Translations under genes and position numbers: made by a program
Part shown: positions 48,359 to 58,355 of the stretch, in pieces
How positions within the stretch are numbered: position 1 is the stretch's first letter
Layout: each line of letters starts with the position of its first letter
Source: Candidatus Latescibacterota bacterium
GTDB taxonomy: Bacteria; Latescibacterota; UBA2968; GCA-2709665
Reading direction: 5' to 3'
Length of the DNA stretch: 64,000 nt
Assembly: GCA_965208835.1 (NCBI GenBank)
Contig: OZ242358.1
Coordinates: 544,001 to 608,000 of the forward strand
Notes under the pieces: model-generated
What the model was told of the DNA's origin: nothing
Databases searched by the model: none
Seen by the model: only the letters and a program-made list of their open reading frames with translations

Positions 48359-48537
48359 TTTCTGCTCCTGTTGGATGCGATGTACCCGATAAGATAGACT
48401 CTACGTTCTGTAATATTTCAGGTTTGAGGGGTTTTGGGCAGGGCCCCTGTGTATGTCTTCAAGCGGACCGAAGGTGGCTACGATGTGAGAAGCCCGATAT
48501 TGCGCCAATCGTAAAGCAATGTTCTCCATTCGATCCC

Positions 48538-51500
48538 CTAAACAATCAGCGCGGTGGCTTTTTCCTTGAGCGCGGGCAGGAGTTCGTCCGCCGCTCGTTC
48601 GAGCGCGGCGAATGCCTCATTCACGTCTTCCAGGTCCCCTACGCGCGCCATGTCTTCCAGCCTCAGCGCCGCCTCCACGGTAGAATTGGCTAGAAACACG
48701 GCCGCCGAGCCCTTCAGCGTGTGCGCCGCGCGCCGCAGCAGGGTGCTGTCGCCGTGGCCGATCGCCCGTTTCATTTCTTCAATGTGCCTGGCGTATTCGG
48801 TAACAAAAAGCCCGGCAAGTTCAGCCAGAATCGCCTCGTTGCCGCCAACCTGCTCCAGCGCACCCTGCCAGTCCAGCGTGCCGTCGTTGGCGACGGGTTC
48901 CGCCGGCGGTGCATCGTCCGATGGGACGTTGTTCTCCACGATATCGTAGAGGTCTCCCGCACGGATGGGTTTGGGGAGATAATCGTCCATCCCCTCTTCC
49001 AGACACCGTTCTCTGTCGCCCTGCATCACGTGGGCCGTCATCGCCGCAATTCGAACGTGCTCGCCCGACGACCGTTCGCCTTCCCTGATAATCCGCGTTG
49101 CCTCCAGCCCGTCCATCTCCGGCATCTGGATATCCATGAGGATCAGATCGAACGTCTCGTTCTCCAGCGCAGCGAGTGCTTCCTTGCCGTTGTTGACGGC
49201 CGTAACCTGATGGCCGCGCGGCTCGAGCAGGTCCACAATCACTTTCCGGTTGACCAGGCCGTCCTCGGCCAACAGGACGCGACGCCTGTCGGCGGGCGGT
49301 ACCGGTTCCAGGATTCTCGGGACGTCCACGGTTTCGACAACGCTTACCTCCAGGGCTTCCAGCGCGGCATCGAGCAGATCGGACTGCTTGACCGGCTTCG
49401 TCAGACTTCGGGCAAGCCCCAACGCGTCACATCGCACGGCGTCGTGGGTTCTTCCAGCCGAAGAAAGAATCAGTATCGGTACATCCTTCGCCGCGGGATC
49501 TTCCCGAAGGCGCTCCGCCAGCGCGAATCCGTCCATATCCGGCATCACCGCGTCCAGAAGAAACAGATTAAACGGCTGATTCGCTTTGCCGGCCCTCCGA
49601 AGCGTGTCGAGCGCCGCCGGACCCGAGTCCGCGACCTCGATATCCATGCCCCAGGTTCCCAGCATCTCCTCAAATATGAACCGGTTTGTACGGTTGTTGT
49701 CCACCACCAGCGCGCGAAGGCCCACCAGGGTCTGCAGGTCGGCCGCGGACCGTTTCGCCAACGGGGGTTGCGCCTCGAAGACTGCCGTAAAATAAAACGA
49801 ACTCCCCTTGTCCGGTTCGCTTTCCACCCACATCCGTCCGCCCATCATCGCGGCGAGCTGCGATGAAATCGCCAGGCCCAGCCCCGTGCCGCCGAACCTC
49901 CTTGAAGTGGAAGAGTCGACCTGGCTGAACGAGTCGAAAATCAATCGCTGATCTTCGGGCGCGATGCCGATGCCCGTGTCGCGCACAAAAAACCTCAGAC
50001 TGACGGTGTCTTCCTCACGGGCGTCCACTTTCACATCGACCAGCACGTCGCCGTTCGCGGTAAACTTGATGGCATTGTCCACCAGGTTGATCACGATCTG
50101 CCTAAGACGGCCGGGGTCGCCGACGAGCCGGTCCGGAACGTCGGGTGCGATATGGCACGCCAACTCCAGTCCCTTTTGCGTTGCTTTGACCGCGAGCGTC
50201 TGCACGGTATCCCCAAGCGTATCCCGGAGGTCGAAGCCGATCGACTCCAGATCCAGCCGGTTCACCTCCAGCTTGGAAAAATCGAGGATATCGTTCAGCA
50301 GCGCCAGCAGCGCCTCGGAAGACTGCCTCGTCAACTTGAGATACTCGCGCTGCTGGGGCGTCAGGTCCGTGTTGCCCAGCAACTCCGTCATCCCCATGAT
50401 GCCGTTCATCGGCGTGCGGATCTCGTGGCTCATATTGGCCAGAAATTCGCTTTTTGCGCGATTCGCCTTCTCCGCGGTGTCTTTTGCCGTCTGCAGCTCC
50501 GCGCCCGAACGCTCCAGGGCGACGGTGCTCGTCTTCAGCGCTTCGTTGGCTTCGCGCTCGGCGGCTGCCGTATTCTCGAGTTGCCGGTTCTTTTCCTGAA
50601 GCTGAATCTCAGCGCGCTTGCGCAGCGTGATATCCCGAACCGTGCCGATCATATGTACGGACTGCCCCGCCCTGTCGCCGAAAATGCGGCCCTTGTTGCC
50701 GAGCCATCGAATCTTCCCGTTCGGCCAGACCACCCGGTGCTCCACTTCAAAGCCCACCCCTTCCTTGATCGTGCGCCGCACCGAGCCGCGGACCATCTCC
50801 CGGTCTTCGGGATGCACGAGTTCGTAGAACGCCTCGCGCGTGCCTTCGAATTCCTCCGGTTTCAGGCCGAACAGCGGCGCTACCAGGTCCGACCATACGA
50901 GTTCTCCGGTGAGCAGATTGGAGTCCCAACTGCCCATATGGGCGGCTTCCATTGCCAGCTTCAGACGGGCTTCACTTTCCCGCAACGCCTCCTCCGAACG
51001 CTTCCGTTCGGAGTCCAGATAAGCGAGCGAGCGGGCGTACCACCAGATCAGGATATTCAGTGCGACGATCACCCCCAGAGAGAACAGCGACATCCCAGAC
51101 TCGAACCCCAATATCACTTCTCCATGAGGCCAGAGCCAGCCCAGCGCCAGTGGAATCAGGAAAGCGGCAGGCAACAGCCGGCGCGCCATTGACCCTCCGG
51201 CCGTCGAACTGACGATTGTGGTGGTCGGTTCAAGGTCTGGCCGGGACAGAAACACACCGATGCACAACAGCCCGAAAGTGAGCGTTGTTACGGCGCTCAT
51301 CTGGAGATCCCAGGTCACTTCTCTCGGGGAAAGCGCCAGGTAAAAGTGTCCGACCGCATAACCGCACGATACGATCGATGCAATAGACAGACACGTCTGC
51401 GCCGGCCAGGCGTTCCCGCGCACCCTGAAATGCCAGAGAAACAGCGCCAGGCCGATCAGCGCGAAGTTACACGCTTCATTGCGCAGCATATGCCCGGCAC

Positions 51501-51810
51501 CCGCGCCGAAACCGATAAACACGGGTCCCGCGCCAATCAGCTCCAGAATCCCGAAGACCACGACGACCGCGGCGATTGCCTTCCCCAGGAACTGCCTGCG
51601 CGCGGAAGACCCGCCGCTACGCAGCAGCCACAGCGCCACGCCGGTGAGTACGAACATGCCAGCCGTCAACAAAGACATCCATTCGGCCACGGGCGCGCTG
51701 ACCAGCCATCCGGAGAATACCAGGATGGACAGCATGACGACGATCAGATTGGCGGTCTGCGCGGCAATCGCGGCGATTCGCACCAGACGCGGGTCTGCGT
51801 AATCGTCCAT
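48538..51810 (-). CDS. Hybrid sensor histidine kinase (TM-PAS-HisKA-HATPase-REC-REC-Hpt)
   Basis: FLANMSHEIRTPMN, NLVDNAIKFT, DTGIGI, GGTGLGL, two REC domains (LLDAVMP, LMDIQMP), Hpt AAHTLKGS. Confidence 0.95.
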   Translation of the reverse strand: MDDYADPRLVRIAAIAAQTANLIVVMLSILVFSGWLVSAPVAEWMSLLTAGMFVLTGVALWLLRSGGSSARRQFLGKAIAAVVVVFGILELIGAGPVFIGFGAGAGHMLRNEACNFALIGLALFLWHFRVRGNAWPAQTCLSIASIVSCGYAVGHFYLALSPREVTWDLQMSAVTTLTFGLLCIGVFLSRPDLEPTTTIVSSTAGGSMARRLLPAAFLIPLALGWLWPHGEVILGFESGMSLFSLGVIVALNILIWWYARSLAYLDSERKRSEEALRESEARLKLAMEAAHMGSWDSNLLTGELVWSDLVAPLFGLKPEEFEGTREAFYELVHPEDREMVRGSVRRTIKEGVGFEVEHRVVWPNGKIRWLGNKGRIFGDRAGQSVHMIGTVRDITLRKRAEIQLQEKNRQLENTAAAEREANEALKTSTVALERSGAELQTAKDTAEKANRAKSEFLANMSHEIRTPMNGIMGMTELLGNTDLTPQQREYLKLTRQSSEALLALLNDILDFSKLEVNRLDLESIGFDLRDTLGDTVQTLAVKATQKGLELACHIAPDVPDRLVGDPGRLRQIVINLVDNAIKFTANGDVLVDVKVDAREEDTVSLRFFVRDTGIGIAPEDQRLIFDSFSQVDSSTSRRFGGTGLGLAISSQLAAMMGGRMWVESEPDKGSSFYFTAVFEAQPPLAKRSAADLQTLVGLRALVVDNNRTNRFIFEEMLGTWGMDIEVADSGPAALDTLRRAGKANQPFNLFLLDAVMPDMDGFALAERLREDPAAKDVPILILSSAGRTHDAVRCDALGLARSLTKPVKQSDLLDAALEALEVSVVETVDVPRILEPVPPADRRRVLLAEDGLVNRKVIVDLLEPRGHQVTAVNNGKEALAALENETFDLILMDIQMPEMDGLEATRIIREGERSSGEHVRIAAMTAHVMQGDRERCLEEGMDDYLPKPIRAGDLYDIVENNVPSDDAPPAEPVANDGTLDWQGALEQVGGNEAILAELAGLFVTEYARHIEEMKRAIGHGDSTLLRRAAHTLKGSAAVFLANSTVEAALRLEDMARVGDLEDVNEAFAALERAADELLPALKEKATALIV

Positions 51811-51879
51811 TTCAGTGCTTCCTGTCGTTTTGTCCCGGAGACAGTTCGTCGAATGGGAACAAATCCAGGGGACGGGACA

Positions 51880-53529
51880 CTACGGAAACAATCCTCTCAG
51901 GAGTTTCGCCTGGGTCACGCGGTGTATTCCTTCTATCAGCGCTGCGGTGCGTAGATCCAATCCATCGCGTTCGGACCGTTGAGTGGTCCGCTGGAACGCG
52001 TTGAGCAGAATCTGCCTGAGTCGATCGTTGATCTCCTCCAGCGTCCACATATAATTCTGCGTGTCCTGTACCCACTCGAAATAGGAAACCGTAACCCCTC
52101 CGGCATTGCCGAGTACATCAGGCAGAATGAACACGCCTCTTTCCTGCAGGATCTCATCCGCTTCCAGGGTTGTGGGTCCATTGGCGCCCTCGGCCAGGAT
52201 TCTGCACGAGATCCTCTCCGCGTTGTCGGCGCTGATCTGATTCTGTATCGCGGCGGGAACGAGTACGTCGCAGGGCAATTCCAGCAATTCCCGGTTGCTC
52301 ACGGCGTCCCCGCCCTTATATCCTTCCAGAACCCGGTTATCATCCACGTGACGCAGCAGCGAATCCACGCTCAGACCATCGGGATTGTAAATGCCGGTGG
52401 TCACGTCGCTTACGCCCACAACCCGGACGCCGCAGGCCTCGAGGAATCTCGCCGCGCTGCTTCCCACGTTTCCGAATCCCTGGACGACGGCGGTCGCGCC
52501 GCTCAAATCCATACCAAGATGTCTGGCCGCTTCTTCAACCAGATACACCAACCCCCGTCCCGTCGCTTCGCGGCGGCCTTCGGAGCCGCCAAGCACAACC
52601 GGCTTGCCGGTCACGACCGCGGGCACTGTATGACCCATCTGATGGCTGTACGTGTCCATCATCCACGCCATCACGTTTTCGTCCGTGCCCATGTCCGGCG
52701 CGGGGATGTCCTTCTGCGGTCCGATAACGTCGATGATCTCAGACGTATACCGGCGCGTCAGGCGCTGCAGTTCGCGACGGGAGAGCACGGTTGGATCAAT
52801 GCGCACGCCGCCCTTGGCGCCGCCGAACGGGAGGTCCATCAGGGCGCACTTCCAGGTCATCCACATGGCCAGGGCGGTAACCTCGCCCAGGTTCACGTCG
52901 TGATGGTAGCGGACGCCGCCTTTCGTGGGCCCCATCGTCAACAGATGTTGAATCCGATAGCCGGCAACCGTCTCCACGTATCTGTGCTCGTCCCGCCGGA
53001 ACGGAAAGGTGACCACGTGGGTGCGCTGTGGAAACAGCAGCCGCTGCCGGATGTTATCGTCCAGCCCCATCAGGTGGGCGGCCTTCAGGAACTGCTGCTG
53101 TGCCAGGCGGAACATCGGCGATTCCCACTCGGCGTGCTGCGCCCGGCTGCGTTCCACGGCGTATCGGATCGACCTCACCAGAAGCGGGCTGTCCAGCTGG
53201 GATTTTACCAGATAGTCCTGCGCTCCCGCCTCAACCGCCCGTGCGGCCAGTTTGATGTCCTCCACGCCGGAGAGGATGACAACGGTCAGGTCCGGATACG
53301 CGGCGCGCACACGCAGGTATGTTTCGAGTTCCTCGCTGTCCGGCAGTACCAGGTCCAGCAGCAACAATTCGTATCCGTCCGCCGCAAGCCGATTGAGCCC
53401 TTCCGCGAGCGTACCCGCCGAATCCACCTCGAATTCGGGGCCCTCGGATTTGGCAAGCAGTTCCTGAATCAGACGGCTGTGAAGCGGATTGTCCTCAATC
53501 AACAGCGTTTTCAGCTGTGTGCCTGGCAT
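51880..53529 (-). CDS. Response-regulator receiver domain fused to Glu/Leu/Phe/Val (glutamate) dehydrogenase
   Basis: REC: LLIEDN, LLLLDLVLPD, ILSG, DYLVK. GDH: GPTKGGVRY, MTWKCA, GGAKGG, DIPAPDMGT, VQGFGNVG, EGANGP, NAGGVTVSYFEWVQ. Confidence 0.92.
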   Translation of the reverse strand: MPGTQLKTLLIEDNPLHSRLIQELLAKSEGPEFEVDSAGTLAEGLNRLAADGYELLLLDLVLPDSEELETYLRVRAAYPDLTVVILSGVEDIKLAARAVEAGAQDYLVKSQLDSPLLVRSIRYAVERSRAQHAEWESPMFRLAQQQFLKAAHLMGLDDNIRQRLLFPQRTHVVTFPFRRDEHRYVETVAGYRIQHLLTMGPTKGGVRYHHDVNLGEVTALAMWMTWKCALMDLPFGGAKGGVRIDPTVLSRRELQRLTRRYTSEIIDVIGPQKDIPAPDMGTDENVMAWMMDTYSHQMGHTVPAVVTGKPVVLGGSEGRREATGRGLVYLVEEAARHLGMDLSGATAVVQGFGNVGSSAARFLEACGVRVVGVSDVTTGIYNPDGLSVDSLLRHVDDNRVLEGYKGGDAVSNRELLELPCDVLVPAAIQNQISADNAERISCRILAEGANGPTTLEADEILQERGVFILPDVLGNAGGVTVSYFEWVQDTQNYMWTLEEINDRLRQILLNAFQRTTQRSERDGLDLRTAALIEGIHRVTQAKLLRGLFP

Positions 53530-53728
53530 AGTCCCATCGTCTGCGACTGGCGCGATTCAAGATGTGAGGGTGTACATCGGATATTTAGTCCTATTGCCGA
53601 TACGAGTCAAGTCCAACGCGCTGCAAGAGGCGCATTTATGCGATTTGTTGCGGTATTTCCCGTCGAAACGGCAAGGGATGTTTCAATGCCCTCCTTGATT
53701 TCATCACGAAACCGATCCCAAGGATTTA

Positions 53729-53890
53729 GAAGCTGTCTTAAGATTCCCAGCGGTCTTCGCGCGGCTGCAAAAGCGCCGGTCGGCGTTGGTCAAACCCACC
53801 CGTATAGACAAATAGGGGCGGGTTTTCCCGCCTTGACCGCTACTTTTTCGCTCGCGCTCGGGAACTCACCGGAAATTTTAAGACAACTTC
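53729..53890. mobile_element. 162-bp MITE family B, copy 2 (3-bp TTA target duplication)
   Basis: IRs GAAGCTGTCTTAAGATT / AATTTTAAGACAACTTC; TTA at 53726-53728 and 53891-53893. Confidence 0.88.
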
Positions 53891-53928
53891 TTAGACGAAT
53901 AGACCGGTTTCGGGTTGCACGTTATCCT

Positions 53929-54900
53929 TCACCGGCGCTCGCTCCTCAGGTCAAGCCAGTCCAGCTCATCCGGCGTCAGCCGGATTTCCATCGCCTCACG
54001 GTTCAGGCGGCTTTCCTCGACCGACCTGCAGCCCGACACGGTAAAGACGTTCTGGGGCTGGTTGAAGAGGTACGCCAGCGCGATCTGCGCCACGGTCTTT
54101 CCGCGATCGCCGGCAAGTTCCGTCGCGCGTTCCAGCCGGTTGAAGTTCTCTTCGTACCCGTAAACCTGCGCGCAGCCAACCGTCAGTGTATTTGCCGTCT
54201 GGTTGATGTTCTCGCGCGTCAGGAGACCGGAGAAGAATCCCTGCGCCAGGCTGGACCAGGAAAACACAGGCATCTGCGACTCCCGGTACCAGGCTCGTTC
54301 CCCGGCTGCGCGGGGGCCGGAGATACTCAGGCAGCCCTCCCAGATCTCATTCATCCGCACGGCCAGACTGAAATTCGGACTGCTGGCCACAAACGGCCTC
54401 AGGCCGCGTTTCTCCGCATACAGGTTTGCTTCCCGGATTCGATTCACCGTCCAGTTGGACCCGCCGAACGCGCGGATGCGCCCTTCGGACATGTGCTCGT
54501 TCAGTGCCTCCACGAGCGGCCCCACCGGCACCCCCGGATCGTCCCGGTGAAGCAGGTAGAGGTCGATATAATCCGTTCTGAGCCGCGCCAGGGAGTCGAA
54601 GAGGTCCGAAGCGATGTCGAAAACCGTCACCCGGCGGTCCCGGTCCGCATTGGGATGCCCGCCTTTACTCAGAATGAACACATCGCTGCGGTTGTTTCGC
54701 CGGTCCATCCAGGCGCCCAGCGCACGCTCCGACTCTCCGTTTCCATAAACGGGCGCGGTATCGAAACTGTTGCAGCCAAGCGCCCTGATCCCGTCGAGGA
54801 AATCGATGCTCGCCTCGAGATCGTCCGTCGAGACCATCAGCGTACCTTGAACCAGCCTCGAGACCGGTTTGTCAATGCCCTCGACCCGGCCGTATTTCAT
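53929..54900 (-). CDS. Aldo/keto reductase
   Basis: FDTAPVYG, ILSKGGH, DLYLLHRDD, FGGSNW, WSSLAQGF. Confidence 0.92.
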   Translation of the reverse strand: MKYGRVEGIDKPVSRLVQGTLMVSTDDLEASIDFLDGIRALGCNSFDTAPVYGNGESERALGAWMDRRNNRSDVFILSKGGHPNADRDRRVTVFDIASDLFDSLARLRTDYIDLYLLHRDDPGVPVGPLVEALNEHMSEGRIRAFGGSNWTVNRIREANLYAEKRGLRPFVASSPNFSLAVRMNEIWEGCLSISGPRAAGERAWYRESQMPVFSWSSLAQGFFSGLLTRENINQTANTLTVGCAQVYGYEENFNRLERATELAGDRGKTVAQIALAYLFNQPQNVFTVSGCRSVEESRLNREAMEIRLTPDELDWLDLRSERR

Positions 54901-54985
54901 AGGGACTCCATATTAAATATGATATATAGGATATGCTATATATAGTATAAATCGCAGTGTTGAAAGGAAGCTATCAGATAAAGGC

Positions 54986-55415
54986 GGGCGCCCACAAGGG
55001 ACGCCCCTACAAATTCATCTTCGGCGCGGCACGCAGGACGTTCAGTTCGTGGAATATTGGTATTGTAGGGGTGTGCCTTGTGGGCGCCCGTCCCCGGACA
55101 TAGATGCGGGCCGCCGATGGCAAGTCCCATTATCCGCACCACGACGAGGGCACCACAAGGGTTGCCCCTACGAATTCAACGTCGACGCGAAACCTAGGAC
55201 GTTCAATTTCGTAGAAATCTGGTTTTGTAGGGGCGCCCCTTGTGGGCGCCCGTCCCCCGGACATAGATGCGGGCCGCCGATGGCAAGTCCCGCAATCCGC
55301 ATCGCGACGAGATTACACACAAGGGACGCCTGTACGAATTCAACAACGATGCGGAAGGCAGATGCCTGCGATTCGTGGATGCGTGGTCTTGTAGGGGCGT
55401 CCCTTGTGGACGCCC
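54986..55415. repeat. Array of six alternating GTAG-type REPs (BIME/REPIN-like)
   Basis: GTAGGGGCG.CCCTTGTGGGCGCCC units at 55065, 55227, 55391 and inverted units ending at 55010, 55171, ~55335; ~162-bp period with a repeated spacer. Confidence 0.88.
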
Positions 55416-55428
55416 AGTCTCCCCGAAA

Positions 55429-56415
55429 TCATTCCATCGGAAATTTCAGCCCGATCCGGTCGCGGATCGTGTCCATCGTCCCCATGATGTCAACGGTCTC
55501 ATCCAGCGGGATCTCCTCGCTTTCCAGTTTCCCTTCGCGCAGGTAACGGCCGACCGCTTCCGCCTGGCAGTTGTACCCGTTCCCGTCGTACTTGCGCTCG
55601 ACCGGCGTCTCCTTGCCGTCTCGCACCAGAGTCGCGGTCGTTCCGCGCCAGTACGGCGGATGAATGCGGATTACCCCCTTGGTACCCATAATGTGAGCCC
55701 AGTGAGACGTGCCGCACTGAATGGACGTGAACAGCATGGCCATCTCTCCCGCGTCGTATCCGAGCATCATCCCCGCCTGCTCGTCCACCTCCAGTTCTCC
55801 GATATGCCCCATACTCATCACCCGGGACGGCACGCGGCGGTACACCATCGACGCGAACGAGAGCGAATAGATGCCGACGTCCATGAGCGCCCCGCCGCCC
55901 AGGGCAGGGTCATAGAGGCGGGACTTCGTCGTGCCGGGACTGGATCCGAACCCGAAGTCCGCCGAAACCATGCGCACCTCGCCGATCTGGCCGTCTTGAA
56001 GCCATTGCCTCACCTGATACATGATGGGCAGGAAGCGCGTCCACATGGCCTCCATCAGAAAGAGCCCTTCCTCCCGGGCAGCCGCGACGATGTCCGCGGC
56101 TTCAGAACAATTGATCGCGAACGGCTTCTCGCACAGTACCGGTTTGCCCGCTCGCAGACAGAGGATACTGTTCTCTCTGTGGAGAGAATGCGGCGTTGCA
56201 ACGTAGATGACGTCCACGTCCGGATCGTTCGCCAGGGCCTCGTAGCTGGGGTGCCGCCTGGAAATACCAAATTCGTCTCCGAACGCATCGGCAGCCTGCT
56301 GCGTCCGCGAACCTACTGCGACCGGTTCCGCGTCCGGAACCGCACTCAGGCCCTTCACGAACGACCGCGCAATGGCCCCCGTGCTCAGGATACCCCATCG
56401 GATGCTCTCGCCCAT
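55429..56415 (-). CDS. Gfo/Idh/MocA oxidoreductase (dihydrodiol dehydrogenase-like)
   Basis: RWGILSTGAIA, YVATPHSLH, LCEKPF, MEAMWTRFLP, GGGALMDVGIY. Confidence 0.92.
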   Translation of the reverse strand: MGESIRWGILSTGAIARSFVKGLSAVPDAEPVAVGSRTQQAADAFGDEFGISRRHPSYEALANDPDVDVIYVATPHSLHRENSILCLRAGKPVLCEKPFAINCSEAADIVAAAREEGLFLMEAMWTRFLPIMYQVRQWLQDGQIGEVRMVSADFGFGSSPGTTKSRLYDPALGGGALMDVGIYSLSFASMVYRRVPSRVMSMGHIGELEVDEQAGMMLGYDAGEMAMLFTSIQCGTSHWAHIMGTKGVIRIHPPYWRGTTATLVRDGKETPVERKYDGNGYNCQAEAVGRYLREGKLESEEIPLDETVDIMGTMDTIRDRIGLKFPME

Positions 56416-56487
56416 CTCCTTTTCCTCCCTGTTATTCCCATATCCAACGCGACCTTGCGATCTGTCCCGGCGGAACGACGGCACCGA

Positions 56488-58344
56488 CTACGCGCCCGTG
56501 CCGCGGGATGTTCCGCCATCGCCCGCGGTCAACACGCGGGGCGACAGCGCCTCGAGCCGCGAGAGCGGCTCCTCCAGGCTGCGAATCGCCTGCACCCAGA
56601 AGTCCGACTTTTCGAGGTCGCTGCCGAGGCTGCGTTTCGCCACGTTCTCGGCGGTGTCACTGCCGGTTAACCGAAGGAAGCTTTCATACCGGGGCAGGAA
56701 GTCCGGCCCCTCCTTCCGGAACATGGCATAGAGCCCCCGGCTCAACAGATAGCCGAAGGTGTACGGAAAATTGTAAAACGTGACTCCCGTTATGTAGAAA
56801 TGCAGCTTGGATGCCCAGAACCAGGGGTCTTCTTCCCCCTCCTGAAGCACGTCGCCGAGTACGCCGCGCTGCTTCTCCGTCATCAGCGCCTTCAACTGAG
56901 AAACGCTCAACTCACCGTTGCCGCGTTCCTCGTAAAGCGCCTTTTCAAACTCGAAACGGACCGGAATGTCCAGAAGATAGGTACCCCCGTGGCCCACCTC
57001 CGAATCGAGGACCACCGCTTTCTGCAGGTCGCCCACGTCCGGGTTCGAAAGGACCCCGTCGGCCAGGATCATCTCGGCGAACGTGGAGGCGGACTCCGCC
57101 AGCGTCATCGGGTAATGTCTCGCAAACGGCCGCAGATCGCGCATCACGTGGCTGTGAAACGCGTGGCCCGCCTCGTGCGCGAGCGTCAAGGCGTCGCCCA
57201 TGGTGCGGTTGTACGTCATGAATATCCGTGACTCGGAGATCATCGGGGATCCTGTGCAAAAGCCGCCGGGTCGTTTTCCCGCACGCGGCTCATAGTCAAT
57301 CCATCGCCTGTCGTACATATCCTGCGTAAACCTTCCCAGCGCAGGATAAGCCGTGGCGAACGCACTCTGCACCAGGGATTTCCCCTCATCCCAATCCATG
57401 GGCGACACATCGGGAAAGGGCAGCGGGGCGCCAAGATCGTACCAGGCCACCTTTTCCTGGCCCATCGCCTTCGATCTGAAACGCTGGATACGGCGCCCCA
57501 CATCGATTTCGGAGAATATCGCGTCGAACATCGCGTCCAGCGTCTTCCGCGAAATAGCGGACTGGAACAGGGCCACCTCGAGAAAATGCGGGACCTCGCG
57601 GTAGCGATTCATCGTCAGCCGTGTGCCGGATATCGCGTTCAGCGCGGCCGCCGCTACGTCTTCAACGCTTTCCCATGCCGCGTTGCCCCCCTCGAACGCG
57701 GCCCGCCGTACCCGCCGGTCCGGATTTTCCATCAACGACCGCCGCTGGGAGATGGGCACCTTTTCCTCCCGGCCGTCGGGAAACCGCATATCGAATTCCA
57801 GCTTCCCGGACAGGGTATCGTAAAGCCGGCCCCACGCCGAGATGCCGTCCACCCTCAGGTCGGCTGCGAGCGCCTCGCGCGCCGAGTCCATGGTATAGCG
57901 GGCCTCGCGGCGCATGCGACCCAGGAGATAACCGGCGTCCGAAAGCGACTCCCGGCGTGTGAGCGCCTCGAAGTTGCCGTCGGACGCCGTCTTCAATCCC
58001 CGCAGCAGTTCCGTCTGAAGCTTGGTGGCTTCTGCGTATTGCAGCGTCAACGCGGCCTCTTCCTTCAAATAGGCCTCGTTTCGCGCGTCGGCTGCCGTCA
58101 GGCATCCCACGTAGGAGGCCACGTGTCGCAGACGCGTGAACAGGTCCTCGCTGCGGAGGAGGAGATCCTCCCAGGTCTCGACATTACCCTCGTCCAGCGG
58201 CTCCAGAGCCCTCGCCAACTCCAGCAAATCCCGCGTATCCGTCTCCAGGGCGTTCTTGAACTTCACCATCTCCGGCCCGTTGAACGTCGGGAAGTAGCTT
58301 TTCAGATCCCAGTCCATTCCTGCTTCGGCAACAGTCTCCACCAT
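56488..58344 (-). CDS. pepF: Oligoendopeptidase F (M3B)
   Basis: TLAHEAGHAFH, LAESASTFAE, GKRPGGFC, FYNFPYTFG. Confidence 0.92.
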   Translation of the reverse strand: MVETVAEAGMDWDLKSYFPTFNGPEMVKFKNALETDTRDLLELARALEPLDEGNVETWEDLLLRSEDLFTRLRHVASYVGCLTAADARNEAYLKEEAALTLQYAEATKLQTELLRGLKTASDGNFEALTRRESLSDAGYLLGRMRREARYTMDSAREALAADLRVDGISAWGRLYDTLSGKLEFDMRFPDGREEKVPISQRRSLMENPDRRVRRAAFEGGNAAWESVEDVAAAALNAISGTRLTMNRYREVPHFLEVALFQSAISRKTLDAMFDAIFSEIDVGRRIQRFRSKAMGQEKVAWYDLGAPLPFPDVSPMDWDEGKSLVQSAFATAYPALGRFTQDMYDRRWIDYEPRAGKRPGGFCTGSPMISESRIFMTYNRTMGDALTLAHEAGHAFHSHVMRDLRPFARHYPMTLAESASTFAEMILADGVLSNPDVGDLQKAVVLDSEVGHGGTYLLDIPVRFEFEKALYEERGNGELSVSQLKALMTEKQRGVLGDVLQEGEEDPWFWASKLHFYITGVTFYNFPYTFGYLLSRGLYAMFRKEGPDFLPRYESFLRLTGSDTAENVAKRSLGSDLEKSDFWVQAIRSLEEPLSRLEALSPRVLTAGDGGTSRGTGA

Positions 58345-58355
58345 ACGTTTTTCCC

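Noticed and set aside
51979-54945. 988-aa plus-strand ORF
   Set aside because: It is antisense to the clearly real REC-GDH and aldo-keto reductase genes and runs through a MITE. It has no recognisable motifs. Long antisense shadows are common in GC-rich coding DNA, although staying open across the ~400-bp intergenic gap is somewhat lucky.
54986-55415. CRISPR array
   Set aside because: The repeats alternate in orientation and the spacers are themselves repeated, which fits REP/BIME structure.
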